Positions 18,979-38,541 of a DNA stretch of 64,000 nt are shown here, one piece after another. The notes below the pieces were generated by a model. The model saw only the letters and a program-made list of their open reading frames with translations. It had not been told where the DNA came from and did not search any database. The DNA is from Escherichia phage T4_ev151. Numbering within the stretch: position 1 is the first letter of the stretch; each line of letters begins with the position of its first letter. A program made the position numbers and the translations under genes. The stretch lies in sequence record LR597660. One strand, given 5' to 3'.

Positions 18979-19975
18979 TTCAAGTGTTATCTATCGTGCG
19001 ATAGTTACTTCAAAATTTAGAACAGAAAAAATGTTGAATTTTTATAATTCAATTGGGAGTGGTCCGGATAAAAACACTATCTTTATCACATTTGGAAGAT
19101 CAGAACCGTGGTCATCAAATGAAAATGAGGTGGGCTTTGCCCCACCTTATCCAACCGATTCTGTATTAGGCGTAACTGACATGTGGACGCATATGATGGG
19201 AACAGTAAAAGTTCTTCCATCAATGCTTGATGCAGTTATTCCTCGTCGAGATTGGGGAGATACTAGATATCCGGATCCGTATACATTTAGAATTAACGAT
19301 ATTGTAGTGTGTAACTCAGCTCCTTACAATGCTACTGAATCAGGCGCAGGCTGGTTAGTATATCGTTGTTTAGATGTTCCTGATACTGGAATGTGTTCAA
19401 TAACATCTTTAACTGATAAGGATGAATGCCTCAAATTAGGTGGAAAATGGACACCTTCTGTTAGGTCAATGACTCCTCCTGAAGGCCGAGGAGATGCTGA
19501 AGGAACAATTGAACCTGGAGACGGATATGTTTGGGAATATCTATTTGAGATTCCGCCTGATGTATCTATAAATAGATGCACAAATGAATATATCGTGGTT
19601 CCTTGGCCTGAGGAATTAAAAGAAGACCCGACTAGATGGGGGTATGAAGATAATCTCACTTGGCAGCAAGATGATTTTGGATTGATTTACCGAGTTAAGG
19701 CAAATACTATCCGTTTTAAAGCATATTTAGATTCAGTTTATTTTCCTGAAGCTGCATTGCCAGGAAATAAAGGATTTAGACAAATATCAATAATCACGAA
19801 TCCTCTTGAAGCTAAAGTTCATCCAAATGACCCAAACGTTAAAGCTGAAAAGGATTATTATGACCCAGAAGATTTAATGAGGCATTCGGGCGAAATGATT
19901 TATATGGAAAATAGGCCACCTATTATTATGGCAATGGATCAAACAGAAGAAATCAATATTCTGTTTACATTTTAA
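18971..19975 (+). CDS. 8: gp8 baseplate wedge protein
   Basis: 334 aa, synteny as T4 gp8. Confidence 0.9.
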   Translation: MNDSSVIYRAIVTSKFRTEKMLNFYNSIGSGPDKNTIFITFGRSEPWSSNENEVGFAPPYPTDSVLGVTDMWTHMMGTVKVLPSMLDAVIPRRDWGDTRYPDPYTFRINDIVVCNSAPYNATESGAGWLVYRCLDVPDTGMCSITSLTDKDECLKLGGKWTPSVRSMTPPEGRGDAEGTIEPGDGYVWEYLFEIPPDVSINRCTNEYIVVPWPEELKEDPTRWGYEDNLTWQQDDFGLIYRVKANTIRFKAYLDSVYFPEAALPGNKGFRQISIITNPLEAKVHPNDPNVKAEKDYYDPEDLMRHSGEMIYMENRPPIIMAMDQTEEINILFTF

Positions 19976-19980
19976 ATTAA

Positions 19981-19998
19981 GGGAGCCCATGGGCTCCC
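19981..19998 (+). terminator. hairpin GGGAGCCC-AU-GGGCUCCC followed by UUUUUC after gene 8
   Basis: 8-bp GC-rich stem immediately after the gene 8 stop, followed by a T-run. Confidence 0.6.
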
Positions 19999-20006
19999 TT
20001 TTTCTT

Positions 20007-20014
20007 TATAAATA
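20007..20014 (+). promoter_or_regulatory. T4 late promoter TATAAATA for gene 9
   Basis: Exact TATAAATA 25 nt upstream of the gene 9 ATG. Confidence 0.55.
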
Positions 20015-20038
20015 TTATAAACTCATAAGGAAACCGCT

Positions 20039-20905
20039 ATGTTCATTCAAGAACCAAAGAAATTGATTGATACCGGCGAAATTGGTAACGCTTCTACTGG
20101 TGATATCTTATTCGACGGTGGTAATAAAATTAATAGTGATTTTAACGCAATTTATAATGCGTTTGGCGATCAGCGTAAAATGGCAGTAGCAAATGGCACT
20201 GGAGCTGATGGTCAAATTATCCATGCTACTGGATATTATCAAAAACACTCTATTGCTGAGTATGCAACTCCAGTAAAAGTTGGCACTAGACATGATATTG
20301 ATACCTCTACTGTAGGTGTTAAAGTTATCATTGAAAGAGGAGAACTTGGCGATTGTGTTGAATTCATTAACTCTAATGGATCAATATCAGTTACTAATCC
20401 TTTAACGATTCAGGCTATTGATTCAATTAAAGGTGTTTCAGGTAATTTGGTAGTAACTACTCCATATAGTAAAGTTACTTTACGCTGTATTTCATCTGAT
20501 AATTCTACGTCGGTTTGGAATTATTCTATTGAAAGCATGTTTGGTCAAAAGGAATCACCGGTTGAAGGTACGTGGAATATTTCTACATCTGGATCAGTTG
20601 ACATTCCATTGTTTCATCGCACTGAATATAACATGGCTAAATTGTTAGTTACATGCCAGTCAGCAGATGGAAGAAAAATTAAAACAGCAGAAATAAATAT
20701 TCTTGTGGATATTGTTAATTCAGAGGTCATTTCTTCTGAATATGCTGTCATGCGAGTTGGGAATGAAACCGAAGAAGACGAAATCGCTAATATTGCATTT
20801 AGTATTAAAGAAAATTATGTAACGGCGACTATAAGTTCTTCAACTGTCGGTATGAGAGCAGCAGTTAAAGTTATCGCTACGCAGAAAATCGGGGTGGCTC
20901 AATAA
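20039..20905 (+). CDS. 9: gp9 baseplate wedge / long tail fibre attachment protein
   Basis: 288 aa, synteny as T4 gp9. Confidence 0.9.
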   Translation: MFIQEPKKLIDTGEIGNASTGDILFDGGNKINSDFNAIYNAFGDQRKMAVANGTGADGQIIHATGYYQKHSIAEYATPVKVGTRHDIDTSTVGVKVIIERGELGDCVEFINSNGSISVTNPLTIQAIDSIKGVSGNLVVTTPYSKVTLRCISSDNSTSVWNYSIESMFGQKESPVEGTWNISTSGSVDIPLFHRTEYNMAKLLVTCQSADGRKIKTAEINILVDIVNSEVISSEYAVMRVGNETEEDEIANIAFSIKENYVTATISSSTVGMRAAVKVIATQKIGVAQ

Positions 20906-22710
20906 TGAAACAAAATATTAATATCGGTAATGCTGTAGATGATGGTACCGGTGACTACCTGCGTAAAGGTGGTATAAAAATAAATGAAAACTTTGATGAG
21001 CTTTATTACGAGCTTGGTGACGGTGATGTTCCATATTCAGCTGGTGCCTGGAAAACTTATAATGCTTCATCAGGACAAACACTAACAGCAGAATGGGGAA
21101 AATCATATGCCATTAACACTTCATCTGGAAGAGTAACTCTACAACTTCCTAAAGGAACCGTTAATGATTATAATAAAGTAATTAAAGCTAGGGATGTATT
21201 TGCAACATGGAATGTTAATCCAGTTACTCTAGTAGCCGCTTCTGGTGATACTATTAAAGGATCATCGTCATCAGTTGAAATTAATGTTCAATTTAGCGAT
21301 TTAGAATTAGTTTATTGTGCTCCAGGACGTTGGGAATATGTCAAAAACAAACAAATTGACAAAATTATTAGTTCAGATATTAGTAATGTAGCACGTAAAG
21401 AATTTTTAGTCGAAGTTCAAGGACAAACAGACTTTTTAGATGTTTTCCGTGGAACTAGCTATAATGTTAATAACATCCGAGTAAAACACCGCGGTAATGA
21501 ATTATATTATGGCGATGTATTTAGTGAAAACAGTGACTTTGGTTCTCCTGGGGAAAATGAAGGCGAATTAGTTCCTCTTGATGGATTTAACATTCGATTA
21601 AGACAGCCTTGTAATATTGGTGACACTGTTCAAATTGAAACATTTATGGATGGTGTATCACAATGGAGAAGTTCATATACAAGACGCCAAATAAAAGTAC
21701 TGGATTCAAAACTAACATCAAAGACTTCTTTAGAAGGAAGCATTTATGTTACTGATTTATCAGCGATGAAATCAATTCCATTCTCTGCATTTGGATTAAT
21801 TCCTGGTGAACCCATTAATCCTAACTCTCTTGAGGTTCGTTTTAATGGAATTTTACAGCAGCAGGCTGGAACAGCTGGATATCCTCTGTTTTTGTGTGAA
21901 GGCGCTAATTCAGATACGCAAGCAGGATGTATATCTCTTGGTGGTGAATGGAAAGAATCAAACACCGATTATTCTATAGAATATGAAGACGGAAAACCTA
22001 TCAGTCTTTTATTTGATAGAAAATTTGAATCCGGTGACATTATCGTTATAACATGGTTCAATAATGATTTAGGAACTCTTTTAGAAAAAGATGACATCAT
22101 TGAATTGACTAATGACCGTTATGTTAGTAAAGGATCATCTACTGAAGTTACTGGTGATGTAGCCTTAACAGATTTTGATAAAATCGGTTGGCCAAATGTT
22201 GAAAAAGTTGATTCTTATACTAGAACGTATAATTCAATATCATCTATTTTCGACAGCATTTATCCTGTTGGTTCAATTTATGAAAATGCTATAAATCCGA
22301 ATAATCCAGCGACTTATATGGGATTTGGTTCATGGAAATTATTTGGTAAAGGGCAGGTTTTAGTAGGATGGAATGATGATGTTACAGATCCAAACTTTGC
22401 ATTAAACAATAATGATTTAGATTCTAGCGGAAATCCTTCACATACCGCCGGTGGAACAGTTGGTACAACATCAGTAACGCTTGAAAACGCAAATCTTCCT
22501 GCGACTAAAACTGATGAAAGAGTTTTAATTGAAGACGAAAATGGATCGGTTATTATTGGAGGTTGCCAATATGACCCAGATGAAACTGGTCCTATATATA
22601 CAAAATATCGTGAAGACTACGCAATAACAAACTCTTCACATACTCCTCCTGCTAATATTAGTAATATTCAACCGTCTATTACTGTATACCGTTGGATAAG
22701 GATTGCATAA
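20905..22710 (+). CDS. 10: gp10 baseplate wedge / short tail fibre attachment protein
   Basis: 601 aa, synteny as T4 gp10. Confidence 0.9.
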   Translation: MKQNINIGNAVDDGTGDYLRKGGIKINENFDELYYELGDGDVPYSAGAWKTYNASSGQTLTAEWGKSYAINTSSGRVTLQLPKGTVNDYNKVIKARDVFATWNVNPVTLVAASGDTIKGSSSSVEINVQFSDLELVYCAPGRWEYVKNKQIDKIISSDISNVARKEFLVEVQGQTDFLDVFRGTSYNVNNIRVKHRGNELYYGDVFSENSDFGSPGENEGELVPLDGFNIRLRQPCNIGDTVQIETFMDGVSQWRSSYTRRQIKVLDSKLTSKTSLEGSIYVTDLSAMKSIPFSAFGLIPGEPINPNSLEVRFNGILQQQAGTAGYPLFLCEGANSDTQAGCISLGGEWKESNTDYSIEYEDGKPISLLFDRKFESGDIIVITWFNNDLGTLLEKDDIIELTNDRYVSKGSSTEVTGDVALTDFDKIGWPNVEKVDSYTRTYNSISSIFDSIYPVGSIYENAINPNNPATYMGFGSWKLFGKGQVLVGWNDDVTDPNFALNNNDLDSSGNPSHTAGGTVGTTSVTLENANLPATKTDERVLIEDENGSVIIGGCQYDPDETGPIYTKYREDYAITNSSHTPPANISNIQPSITVYRWIRIA

Positions 22711-23369
22711 TGAGTTTACTTAATAATAAAGCGGGAGTTATTTCCCGCTTAGCAGATTTTCTTGGTTTTAGAACTAAGAAAAATGATATTTCGGTTATGA
22801 ATAATCAGCCAGTAGGTGCTGTAACAATTTCACAAATAGCAAAAGGTTTTTATGACCCAAATGTAGAATCTGCTATTAATGATGTTAGAAATATGGCAGA
22901 GCAACAGGTTGGAGCTGTATTAGTTAATATAAGTGGCGTATCTCCTACTGGCGTGCAGCAAACAGACTATTGGTCATTTGAAGGAACTGTTACTGATACT
23001 TCAGCCAAACCAGGTGACCCAGTTATTGTTAATATGTTTGGCATTCCTGTTAAAGCTACTAATGGAATGACTTCAATCGAATTTACCAGTGCCGTTAGAA
23101 CAGCTCTGCAGGAAATGGTTGCAAAATTTATTGCAATTGATTCATTTGAAGACCATCCTACTATAGGGAATAAAATACAAGTTAAGTATTTAGATAACCA
23201 AGAACATATCTTAGAGCAATACTCTGATAAAGGAATTACTTTCAAACAAGAAATAATTTCTCCTTCTAAACCTGGATATGGAACTTGGCAATTATTAGGT
23301 GCGCAAACTGTCACGTTAGATAGTCACACACAACCTACAGTATTTTATTATTTTGAGAGAATAGCATGA
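22710..23369 (+). CDS. 11: gp11 baseplate wedge protein
   Basis: Start trimmed to the ATG overlapping the gene 10 stop (TAATG), giving 219 aa as in T4; the track ORF starts at a TTG. Confidence 0.85.
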   Translation: MSLLNNKAGVISRLADFLGFRTKKNDISVMNNQPVGAVTISQIAKGFYDPNVESAINDVRNMAEQQVGAVLVNISGVSPTGVQQTDYWSFEGTVTDTSAKPGDPVIVNMFGIPVKATNGMTSIEFTSAVRTALQEMVAKFIAIDSFEDHPTIGNKIQVKYLDNQEHILEQYSDKGITFKQEIISPSKPGYGTWQLLGAQTVTLDSHTQPTVFYYFERIA

Positions 23370-24916
23370 GTAATAATACATATCAGCACGTATCAAATGA
23401 ATCAAAATATGTTAAATTCGATCCAGTGGGATCGAATTTTCCTGACACTGTTACGACGGTGCAGTCTGCATTATCAAAAATAAGTAATATCGGCGTAAAT
23501 GGTATTCCTGATGCAACTATGGAAGTTAAAGGAATAGCAATGATTGCATCAGAGCAAGAGGTTTTAGATGGAACAAATAATTCTAAAATCGTTACACCAG
23601 CTACATTAGCAACAAGATTATTGTATCCAAATGCTACTGAAACTAAATATGGTTTAACGCGCTATTCAACAAATGAAGAAACATTAGAAGGCTCAGATAA
23701 TAATTCATCAATAACACCGCAAAAACTGAAATACCATACTGATGATGTGTTCCAAAATAGATATTCGTCTGAGTCATCAAACGGGGTTATTAAAATATCA
23801 TCTACGCCTGCAGCTTTGGCTGGTGTCGATGATACTACAGCGATGACTCCGCTGAAAACCCAAAAACTTGCAATAAAATTAATTTCACAAATAGCTCCTT
23901 CAGAAGACACTGCAACAGAATCTGTGAGAGGAGTAGTTCAATTATCTACTGTTGCACAAACTCGTCAAGGAACTCTCCGCGAAGGATATGCAATTTCCCC
24001 GTATACCTTTATGAATTCTGTTGCAACACAAGAATATAAGGGTGTTATACGTCTAGGAACACAAGCAGAAATTAATAATAATTTGGGGGATGTTGCAGTA
24101 ACAGGTGAAACACTAAATGGTCGAGGAGCTACCGGTTCTATGCGTGGGGTAGTAAAATTAACGACGCAAGCTGGTATTGCTCCTGAAGGTGATAGCTCTG
24201 GGGCATTAGCCTGGAACGCAGATGTAATTAATACTCGTGGTGGACAAACTATTAATGGTTCTTTAAATTTAGATCATCTCACAGCAAATGGAATTTGGTC
24301 GCGCGGCGGAATGTGGAAAAATGGCGATCAACCTGTTGCCACTGAAAGATATGCGTCCGAAAGGGTTCCGGTTGGAACTATTATGATGTTTGCGGGAGAT
24401 TCAGCACCTCCGGGTTGGATTATGTGCCACGGTGGAACAGTGTCAGGAGATCAATATCCTGATTATAGAAACACAGTTGGAACAAGATTTGGTGGTGATT
24501 GGAATAACCCTGGCATTCCTGATATGAGAGGTCTTTTTGTTAGAGGAGCTGGCACGGGCGGTCATATTTTAAATCAACGTGGACAAGATGGTTATGGGAA
24601 GGATAGACTTGGTGTAGGATGTGACGGAATGCATGTTGGTGGTGTTCAAGCGCAACAAATGTCATACCATAAACATGCTGGTGGTTGGGGAGAATATAAC
24701 AGAAGTGAAGGTCCATTTGGCGCGTCTGTTTATCAAGGATATCTTGGAACTAGAAAATATGCCGACTGGGATAACGCTTCATACTTCACCAATGATGGAT
24801 TTGAATTAGGTGGACCGAGAGATGCCCTTGGTACACTTAATCGTGAAGGATTAATTGGTTATGAAACTAGACCATGGAATATATCATTAAACTATATTAT
24901 TAAAATTCATTACTAA
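23366..24916 (+). CDS. 12: gp12 short tail fibre
   Basis: 516 aa; synteny; C-terminal receptor-binding region. Confidence 0.9.
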   Translation: MSNNTYQHVSNESKYVKFDPVGSNFPDTVTTVQSALSKISNIGVNGIPDATMEVKGIAMIASEQEVLDGTNNSKIVTPATLATRLLYPNATETKYGLTRYSTNEETLEGSDNNSSITPQKLKYHTDDVFQNRYSSESSNGVIKISSTPAALAGVDDTTAMTPLKTQKLAIKLISQIAPSEDTATESVRGVVQLSTVAQTRQGTLREGYAISPYTFMNSVATQEYKGVIRLGTQAEINNNLGDVAVTGETLNGRGATGSMRGVVKLTTQAGIAPEGDSSGALAWNADVINTRGGQTINGSLNLDHLTANGIWSRGGMWKNGDQPVATERYASERVPVGTIMMFAGDSAPPGWIMCHGGTVSGDQYPDYRNTVGTRFGGDWNNPGIPDMRGLFVRGAGTGGHILNQRGQDGYGKDRLGVGCDGMHVGGVQAQQMSYHKHAGGWGEYNRSEGPFGASVYQGYLGTRKYADWDNASYFTNDGFELGGPRDALGTLNREGLIGYETRPWNISLNYIIKIHY

Positions 24917-26383
<1,467 letters not shown>

Positions 26384-26386
26384 CAT

Positions 26387-26402
26387 GGGGCCGCAAGGCC
26401 CC
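26387..26402 (+). terminator. hairpin GGGGCC-GCAA-GGCCCC after wac
   Basis: 6-bp GC stem with GNRA-like loop, 4 nt after the wac stop. Confidence 0.55.
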
Positions 26403-26414
26403 AAAGGATTTTAA

Positions 26415-28925
<2,511 letters not shown>

Positions 28926-28966
28926 TAAATATTATAAACTAATTAAAGCCCAGATTAGGAGAAGTC

Positions 28967-32107
<3,141 letters not shown>

Positions 32108-32135
32108 TATTAAAGCATATTAAAGAGGATTAAAA

Positions 32136-34115
32136 ATGACTTTATTATCTCCGGGCATTGAGCTCAAAGAAACTACGGTTCAAAGCACCGTGGTTAATAA
32201 CTCTACTGGTACAGCAGCTTTGGCCGGTAAATTCCAGTGGGGTCCTGCTTTTCAGATTAAACAGGTTACAAATGAAGTAGATTTAGTTAATACTTTTGGT
32301 CAACCAACCGCTGAAACTGCTGACTATTTTATGTCTGCGATGAATTTCTTACAATACGGAAATGACTTACGAGTAGTTCGTGCTGTTGATAGAGATACCG
32401 CTAAAAACTCATCACCAATCGCTGGTAATATTGAATATACAATTTCTACCCCAGGTAGTAACTATGCGGTTGGAGATAAAATCACGGTCAAATATGTTTC
32501 AGATGATATTGAAACTGAAGGTAAAATTACTGAAGTAGACGCAGATGGAAAAATTAAGAAAATTAATATTCCTACTGCAAAAATTATCGCTAAAGCTAAA
32601 GAAGTCGGTGAATACCCAACATTAGGTTCTAACTGGACTGCAGAAATTTCTTCGTCTTCCTCTGGTTTAGCCGCAGTAATAACTCTTGGAAAAATTATTA
32701 CTGATTCTGGTATTTTATTAGCTGAAATTGAAAATGCTGAAGCTGCTATGACAGCGGTTGACTTTCAAGCAAATCTCAAAAAATACGGAATTCCAGGAGT
32801 AGTAGCTCTTTATCCAGGCGAATTAGGCGATAAAATTGAAATTGAAATCGTATCTAAAGCTGACTATGCAAAAGGAGCTTCTGCATTACTCCCAATTTAT
32901 CCAGGTGGTGGTACTCGTGCATCTACTGCCAAAGCAGTGTTTGGATATGGACCGCAAACTGATTCACAATACGCTATTATAGTTCGTCGCAATGATGCTA
33001 TTGTTCAAAGCGTTGTTCTTTCAACTAAGCGTGGTGAAAAAGATATTTACGATAGTAACATCTATATCGATGACTTTTTCGCAAAAGGTGGTTCAGAATA
33101 TATTTTTGCAACTGCACAAAACTGGCCAGAAGGCTTCTCTGGAATTTTAACTCTGTCTGGTGGATTATCATCAAATGCTGAAGTAACAGCAGGAGATTTG
33201 ATGGAAGCTTGGGACTTCTTTGCTGACCGTGAATCTGTTGACGTTCAACTGTTTATTGCAGGTTCTTGTGCCGGTGAATCTTTAGAAACAGCATCTACTG
33301 TCCAAAAACACGTCGTTTCAATTGGGGATGCTCGCCAAGATTGCTTAGTATTGTGCTCTCCTCCGCGTGAAACTGTAGTTGGAATTCCTGTAACTCGTGC
33401 AGTAGATAATTTAGTTAACTGGAGAACTGCGGCAGGTTCATACACTGATAATAACTTTAATATCAGTTCAACCTATGCAGCAATTGATGGTAACTATAAG
33501 TATCAGTATGACAAATATAATGATGTGAATCGTTGGGTTCCATTAGCAGCTGATATTGCTGGTTTATGCGCAAGAACTGATAACGTATCTCAGACTTGGA
33601 TGTCTCCAGCTGGTTATAATCGTGGCCAAATTTTGAACGTTATTAAACTGGCTATTGAAACTCGCCAGGCTCAGCGCGACCGTTTATACCAAGAAGCTAT
33701 CAACCCAGTGACTGGTACAGGTGGCGATGGTTACGTATTGTATGGTGATAAAACAGCTACTTCTGTTCCTTCTCCATTTGATCGTATTAACGTTCGTCGT
33801 CTGTTTAATATGTTGAAAACGAATATCGGACGTAGTTCAAAATATCGTTTGTTCGAATTAAACAACGCGTTTACTCGTTCATCATTCCGCACAGAAACTG
33901 CCCAGTACTTACAGGGAATTAAAGCTCTCGGTGGAATTTATGAATATCGTGTAGTTTGCGATACAACAAATAACACTCCGTCAGTAATTGATAGAAATGA
34001 GTTTGTTGCAACATTCTACATCCAACCTGCACGCAGTATAAATTATATCCAACTTAACTTCGTTGCGACTGCTACTGGTGCAGATTTCGATGAGTTGACT
34101 GGTCTTGCAGGTTAA
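32136..34115 (+). CDS. 18: gp18 tail sheath protein
   Basis: 659 aa as T4 gp18; synteny. Confidence 0.95.
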   Translation: MTLLSPGIELKETTVQSTVVNNSTGTAALAGKFQWGPAFQIKQVTNEVDLVNTFGQPTAETADYFMSAMNFLQYGNDLRVVRAVDRDTAKNSSPIAGNIEYTISTPGSNYAVGDKITVKYVSDDIETEGKITEVDADGKIKKINIPTAKIIAKAKEVGEYPTLGSNWTAEISSSSSGLAAVITLGKIITDSGILLAEIENAEAAMTAVDFQANLKKYGIPGVVALYPGELGDKIEIEIVSKADYAKGASALLPIYPGGGTRASTAKAVFGYGPQTDSQYAIIVRRNDAIVQSVVLSTKRGEKDIYDSNIYIDDFFAKGGSEYIFATAQNWPEGFSGILTLSGGLSSNAEVTAGDLMEAWDFFADRESVDVQLFIAGSCAGESLETASTVQKHVVSIGDARQDCLVLCSPPRETVVGIPVTRAVDNLVNWRTAAGSYTDNNFNISSTYAAIDGNYKYQYDKYNDVNRWVPLAADIAGLCARTDNVSQTWMSPAGYNRGQILNVIKLAIETRQAQRDRLYQEAINPVTGTGGDGYVLYGDKTATSVPSPFDRINVRRLFNMLKTNIGRSSKYRLFELNNAFTRSSFRTETAQYLQGIKALGGIYEYRVVCDTTNNTPSVIDRNEFVATFYIQPARSINYIQLNFVATATGADFDELTGLAG

Positions 34116-34131
34116 TACGGTGCATTCTAAA

Positions 34132-34149
34132 GGCCTGTTTCGGCAGGCC
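34132..34149 (+). terminator. hairpin GGCCUG-UUUCGG-CAGGCC after gene 18
   Basis: 6-bp stem, 17 nt after the gene 18 stop. Confidence 0.5.
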
Positions 34150-34150
34150 A

Positions 34151-34158
34151 TATAAATA
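34151..34158 (+). promoter_or_regulatory. T4 late promoter TATAAATA (distal) for gene 19
   Basis: Exact TATAAATA in the 18/19 intergenic region. Confidence 0.5.
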
Positions 34159-34209
34159 CACTATATCCTTAATTCTTTAATTCTATATGCCCTAGGTTAA
34201 ACATAGGGA

Positions 34210-34217
34210 TATAAATA
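34210..34217 (+). promoter_or_regulatory. T4 late promoter TATAAATA (proximal) for gene 19
   Basis: Exact TATAAATA 14 nt upstream of the gene 19 ATG. Confidence 0.55.
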
Positions 34218-34231
34218 CTACAGAGGCTAAT

Positions 34232-34723
34232 ATGTTTGTAGATGATGTAACACGAGCGTTTGAATCTGGTGATTTTGCTCGACCTAACTTATTCCAAGTA
34301 GAAATTTCTTATCTTGGACAAAATTTTACGTTTCAATGTAAAGCCACTGCTTTACCAGCTGGTATTGTAGAAAAAATTCCAGTCGGATTTATGAACCGTA
34401 AAATTAACGTAGCAGGCGATCGTACATTCGATGACTGGACTGTTACAGTAATGAACGATGAAGCTCATGATGCTCGCCAGAAGTTCGTTGATTGGCAAAG
34501 CATTGCTGCGGGGCAAGGAAACGAAATTACTGGTGGAAAACCTGCCGAGTATAAAAAGAGCGCTATCGTTCGTCAATACGCTCGTGACGCTAAAACAGTA
34601 ACAAAAGAAATTGAAATTAAAGGTCTGTGGCCTACTAACGTGGGTGAACTTCAATTAGATTGGGATTCAAACAATGAAATCCAAACCTTTGAAGTAACTC
34701 TTGCTCTCGATTATTGGGAATAA
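34232..34723 (+). CDS. 19: gp19 tail tube protein
   Basis: 163 aa as T4 gp19; synteny. Confidence 0.9.
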   Translation: MFVDDVTRAFESGDFARPNLFQVEISYLGQNFTFQCKATALPAGIVEKIPVGFMNRKINVAGDRTFDDWTVTVMNDEAHDARQKFVDWQSIAAGQGNEITGGKPAEYKKSAIVRQYARDAKTVTKEIEIKGLWPTNVGELQLDWDSNNEIQTFEVTLALDYWE

Positions 34724-34728
34724 AATGA

Positions 34729-34746
34729 ATGGGGAGAAATCCCCAT
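34729..34746 (+). terminator. hairpin AUGGGGA-GAAA-UCCCCAU after gene 19
   Basis: 7-bp stem with GAAA loop, 5 nt after the gene 19 stop. Confidence 0.55.
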
Positions 34747-34755
34747 CCTGCTTAA

Positions 34756-36380
<1,625 letters not shown>

Positions 36381-36381
<1 letters not shown>

Positions 36382-36620
36382 TGGAAGGTTTAATTGAAGC
36401 TATTAAATCAAACGACCTCGTAGCCGCTCGTAAATTATTTGCTGAAGCCATGGCTGCAAGAACGATTGATTTAATTAAAGAAGAAAAAATCGCTATCGCT
36501 CGTAATTTCTTAATCGAAGGTGAAGAACCTGATGACGAGGATGATGACGAAGACGAAGATAGTGATGATAAAGACGACAAAAAAGACAAAGACTCTGACG
36601 AAGACGAGGATGATGAATAA
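36381..36620 (+). CDS. 67: gp67 prohead core protein with acidic C-terminal tail
   Basis: 79 aa; C-terminal D/E-rich low-complexity tail; synteny between 20 and 68. Confidence 0.8.
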
Positions 36621-37045
36621 TGCTTCTGATCCCTGAAACTCATGAATTAGTTCTCGAGAATGTCGAAGCACTTATTCCTGAAGCACAGGGTCGCTTTGAC
36701 GAATTGTCTTCTGCTTTAAATAAAGACGATATAAATACAATTGTCGAGAATATGCTTGATGATGAAACTGATTTAGCGGTTGCATTAGCTTCTATTAATG
36801 AAAATATGCCGTTAAATGAATTCATCGTTAAACATGTTTCCGCCCGTGGTGAAATTACTCGCACTAAAGACCGCAAAACGCGTGAACGTAATGCATTTCA
36901 AACCACTGGGCTGTCTAAAGCAAAACGTAGACAAATTGCTCGTAAAGCTACCAAAACGAAGATTGCCAATCCAGCAGGTCAATCTCGTGCTCAGCGTAAG
37001 CGTAAAAAAGCTCTTAAACGCCGTAAAGCATTAGGATTAAGCTAA
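36620..37045 (+). CDS. 68: gp68 prohead core protein
   Basis: 141 aa; synteny; basic C-terminus. Confidence 0.8.
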
Positions 37046-37683
37046 TGAATGAACCCCAATTACTAATTGAAACTTGGGGTCAACCTGGCGAAATTATTGA
37101 TGGCGTGCCAATGCTTGAATCTCACGATGGAAAAGACTTAGGTTTAAAACCGGGTTTATACATCGAAGGAATATTCATGCAAGCGGAAGTCGTCAATAGA
37201 AATAAACGTCTTTATCCAAAACGTATATTAGAAAAAGCGGTAAAAGACTATATTAATGAGCAAGTTTTAACTAAACAAGCTCTCGGAGAATTAAATCATC
37301 CTCCACGCGCTAATGTTGACCCGATGCAAGCCGCTATCATTATAGAAGATATGTGGTGGAAAGGAAATGACGTATACGGACGAGCTCGTGTTATTGAAGG
37401 TGACCATGGTCCTGGAGATAAATTAGCAGCTAATATTCGTGCCGGATGGATTCCAGGAGTTTCTTCTCGTGGATTAGGTTCATTGACTGACACAAATAAA
37501 GGTTATCGTATCGTAAACGAAGGATTCAAATTAACTGTAGGTGTTGATGCAGTATGGGGTCCAAGTGCTCCAGATGCATGGGTAACTCCTAAGGAAATTA
37601 CCGAATCACAGACGGCGGAAGCCGATACAAGTGCCGATGACGCCTATATGGCTCTCGCAGAGGCCATGAAAAAAGCGTTATAA
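37045..37683 (+). CDS. 21: gp21 prohead core scaffold / maturation protease
   Basis: 212 aa as T4 gp21; synteny. Confidence 0.9.
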   Translation: MNEPQLLIETWGQPGEIIDGVPMLESHDGKDLGLKPGLYIEGIFMQAEVVNRNKRLYPKRILEKAVKDYINEQVLTKQALGELNHPPRANVDPMQAAIIIEDMWWKGNDVYGRARVIEGDHGPGDKLAANIRAGWIPGVSSRGLGSLTDTNKGYRIVNEGFKLTVGVDAVWGPSAPDAWVTPKEITESQTAEADTSADDAYMALAEAMKKAL

Positions 37684-37686
37684 ATA
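37679..37686 (+). promoter_or_regulatory. T4 late promoter TATAAATA for gene 22
   Basis: Exact TATAAATA overlapping the gene 21 stop, 27 nt upstream of the gene 22 ATG. Confidence 0.55.
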
Positions 37687-37713
37687 TTATTATCTAAACA
37701 ACAGGACTACAAA

Positions 37714-38523
37714 ATGCTTAAAGAACAACTGATTGCCGAAGCGCAGAAAATTGATGCTTCCGTTGCTCTTGATAGTATTTTCGAATCAGTTAATATTTCT
37801 CCGGAAGCAAAAGAAACTTTCGGCACTGTATTCGAAGCTACCGTCAAGCAGCACGCCGTTAAATTAGCTGAATCTCATATCGCTAAAATTGCTGAAAAAG
37901 CAGAAGAAGAAGTAGAAAAAAATAAAGAAGAAGCAGAAGAAAAAGCTGAGAAGAAAATCGCTGAGCAAGCTTCTAAATTCCTTGACCATCTTGCAAAAGA
38001 ATGGCTCACTGAAAATAAATTAGCAGTAGATAAAGGTATCAAAGCCGAACTGTTTGAATCCATGCTTGGTGGATTGAAAGAGCTCTTCGTTGAACACAAC
38101 GTTGTTGTTCCAGAAGAATCAGTTGATGTTGTAGCTGAAATGGAAGAAGAACTGCAAGAACATAAAGAAGAATCAGCTCGTCTGTTCGAAGAACTCAATA
38201 AGCGTGACGCATATATCAATTATGTGCAGCGTGAAGTGGCATTGAGCGAAAGTACTAAAGATCTGACTGAGTCTCAAAAAGAAAAAGTCTCTGCTCTGGT
38301 CGAAGGTATGGATTATTCAGATGCATTCTCAAGTAAATTGAGTGCAATCGTAGAAATGGTGAAGAAATCTAATAAAGATGAAAGCACTATTACTGAGAGT
38401 ATAAATACTCCTGATACTGAAGCAGCCGGACTGAATTTCGTCACTGAAGCTGTAGAAGATAAATCTGCACAAGGTGCAGAAGATATTGTAAGTGTATATG
38501 CGAAAGTCGCATCTCGTTTCTAA
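37714..38523 (+). CDS. 22: gp22 prohead core scaffold protein
   Basis: 269 aa, acidic coiled coil; synteny. Confidence 0.85.
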   Translation: MLKEQLIAEAQKIDASVALDSIFESVNISPEAKETFGTVFEATVKQHAVKLAESHIAKIAEKAEEEVEKNKEEAEEKAEKKIAEQASKFLDHLAKEWLTENKLAVDKGIKAELFESMLGGLKELFVEHNVVVPEESVDVVAEMEEELQEHKEESARLFEELNKRDAYINYVQREVALSESTKDLTESQKEKVSALVEGMDYSDAFSSKLSAIVEMVKKSNKDESTITESINTPDTEAAGLNFVTEAVEDKSAQGAEDIVSVYAKVASRF

Positions 38524-38541
38524 TTTTAAAGGTTAACACAA

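Noticed and set aside
36730-36737. TATAAATA inside gene 68
   Set aside because: Exact match, but it lies within coding sequence about 300 nt upstream of gene 21 and could be chance; not listed as a feature without transcript data
37875-38219. 114-aa Ser-rich antisense ORF inside gene 22
   Set aside because: Antisense to the E/K-rich coiled coil of gp22; no promoter or SD; compositional artefact
38460-38541. Expected late promoter immediately upstream of gene 23
   Set aside because: No exact TATAAATA in the 80 nt before the gene 23 ATG; gene 23 is presumably served by a promoter further upstream or a variant motif I cannot call confidently
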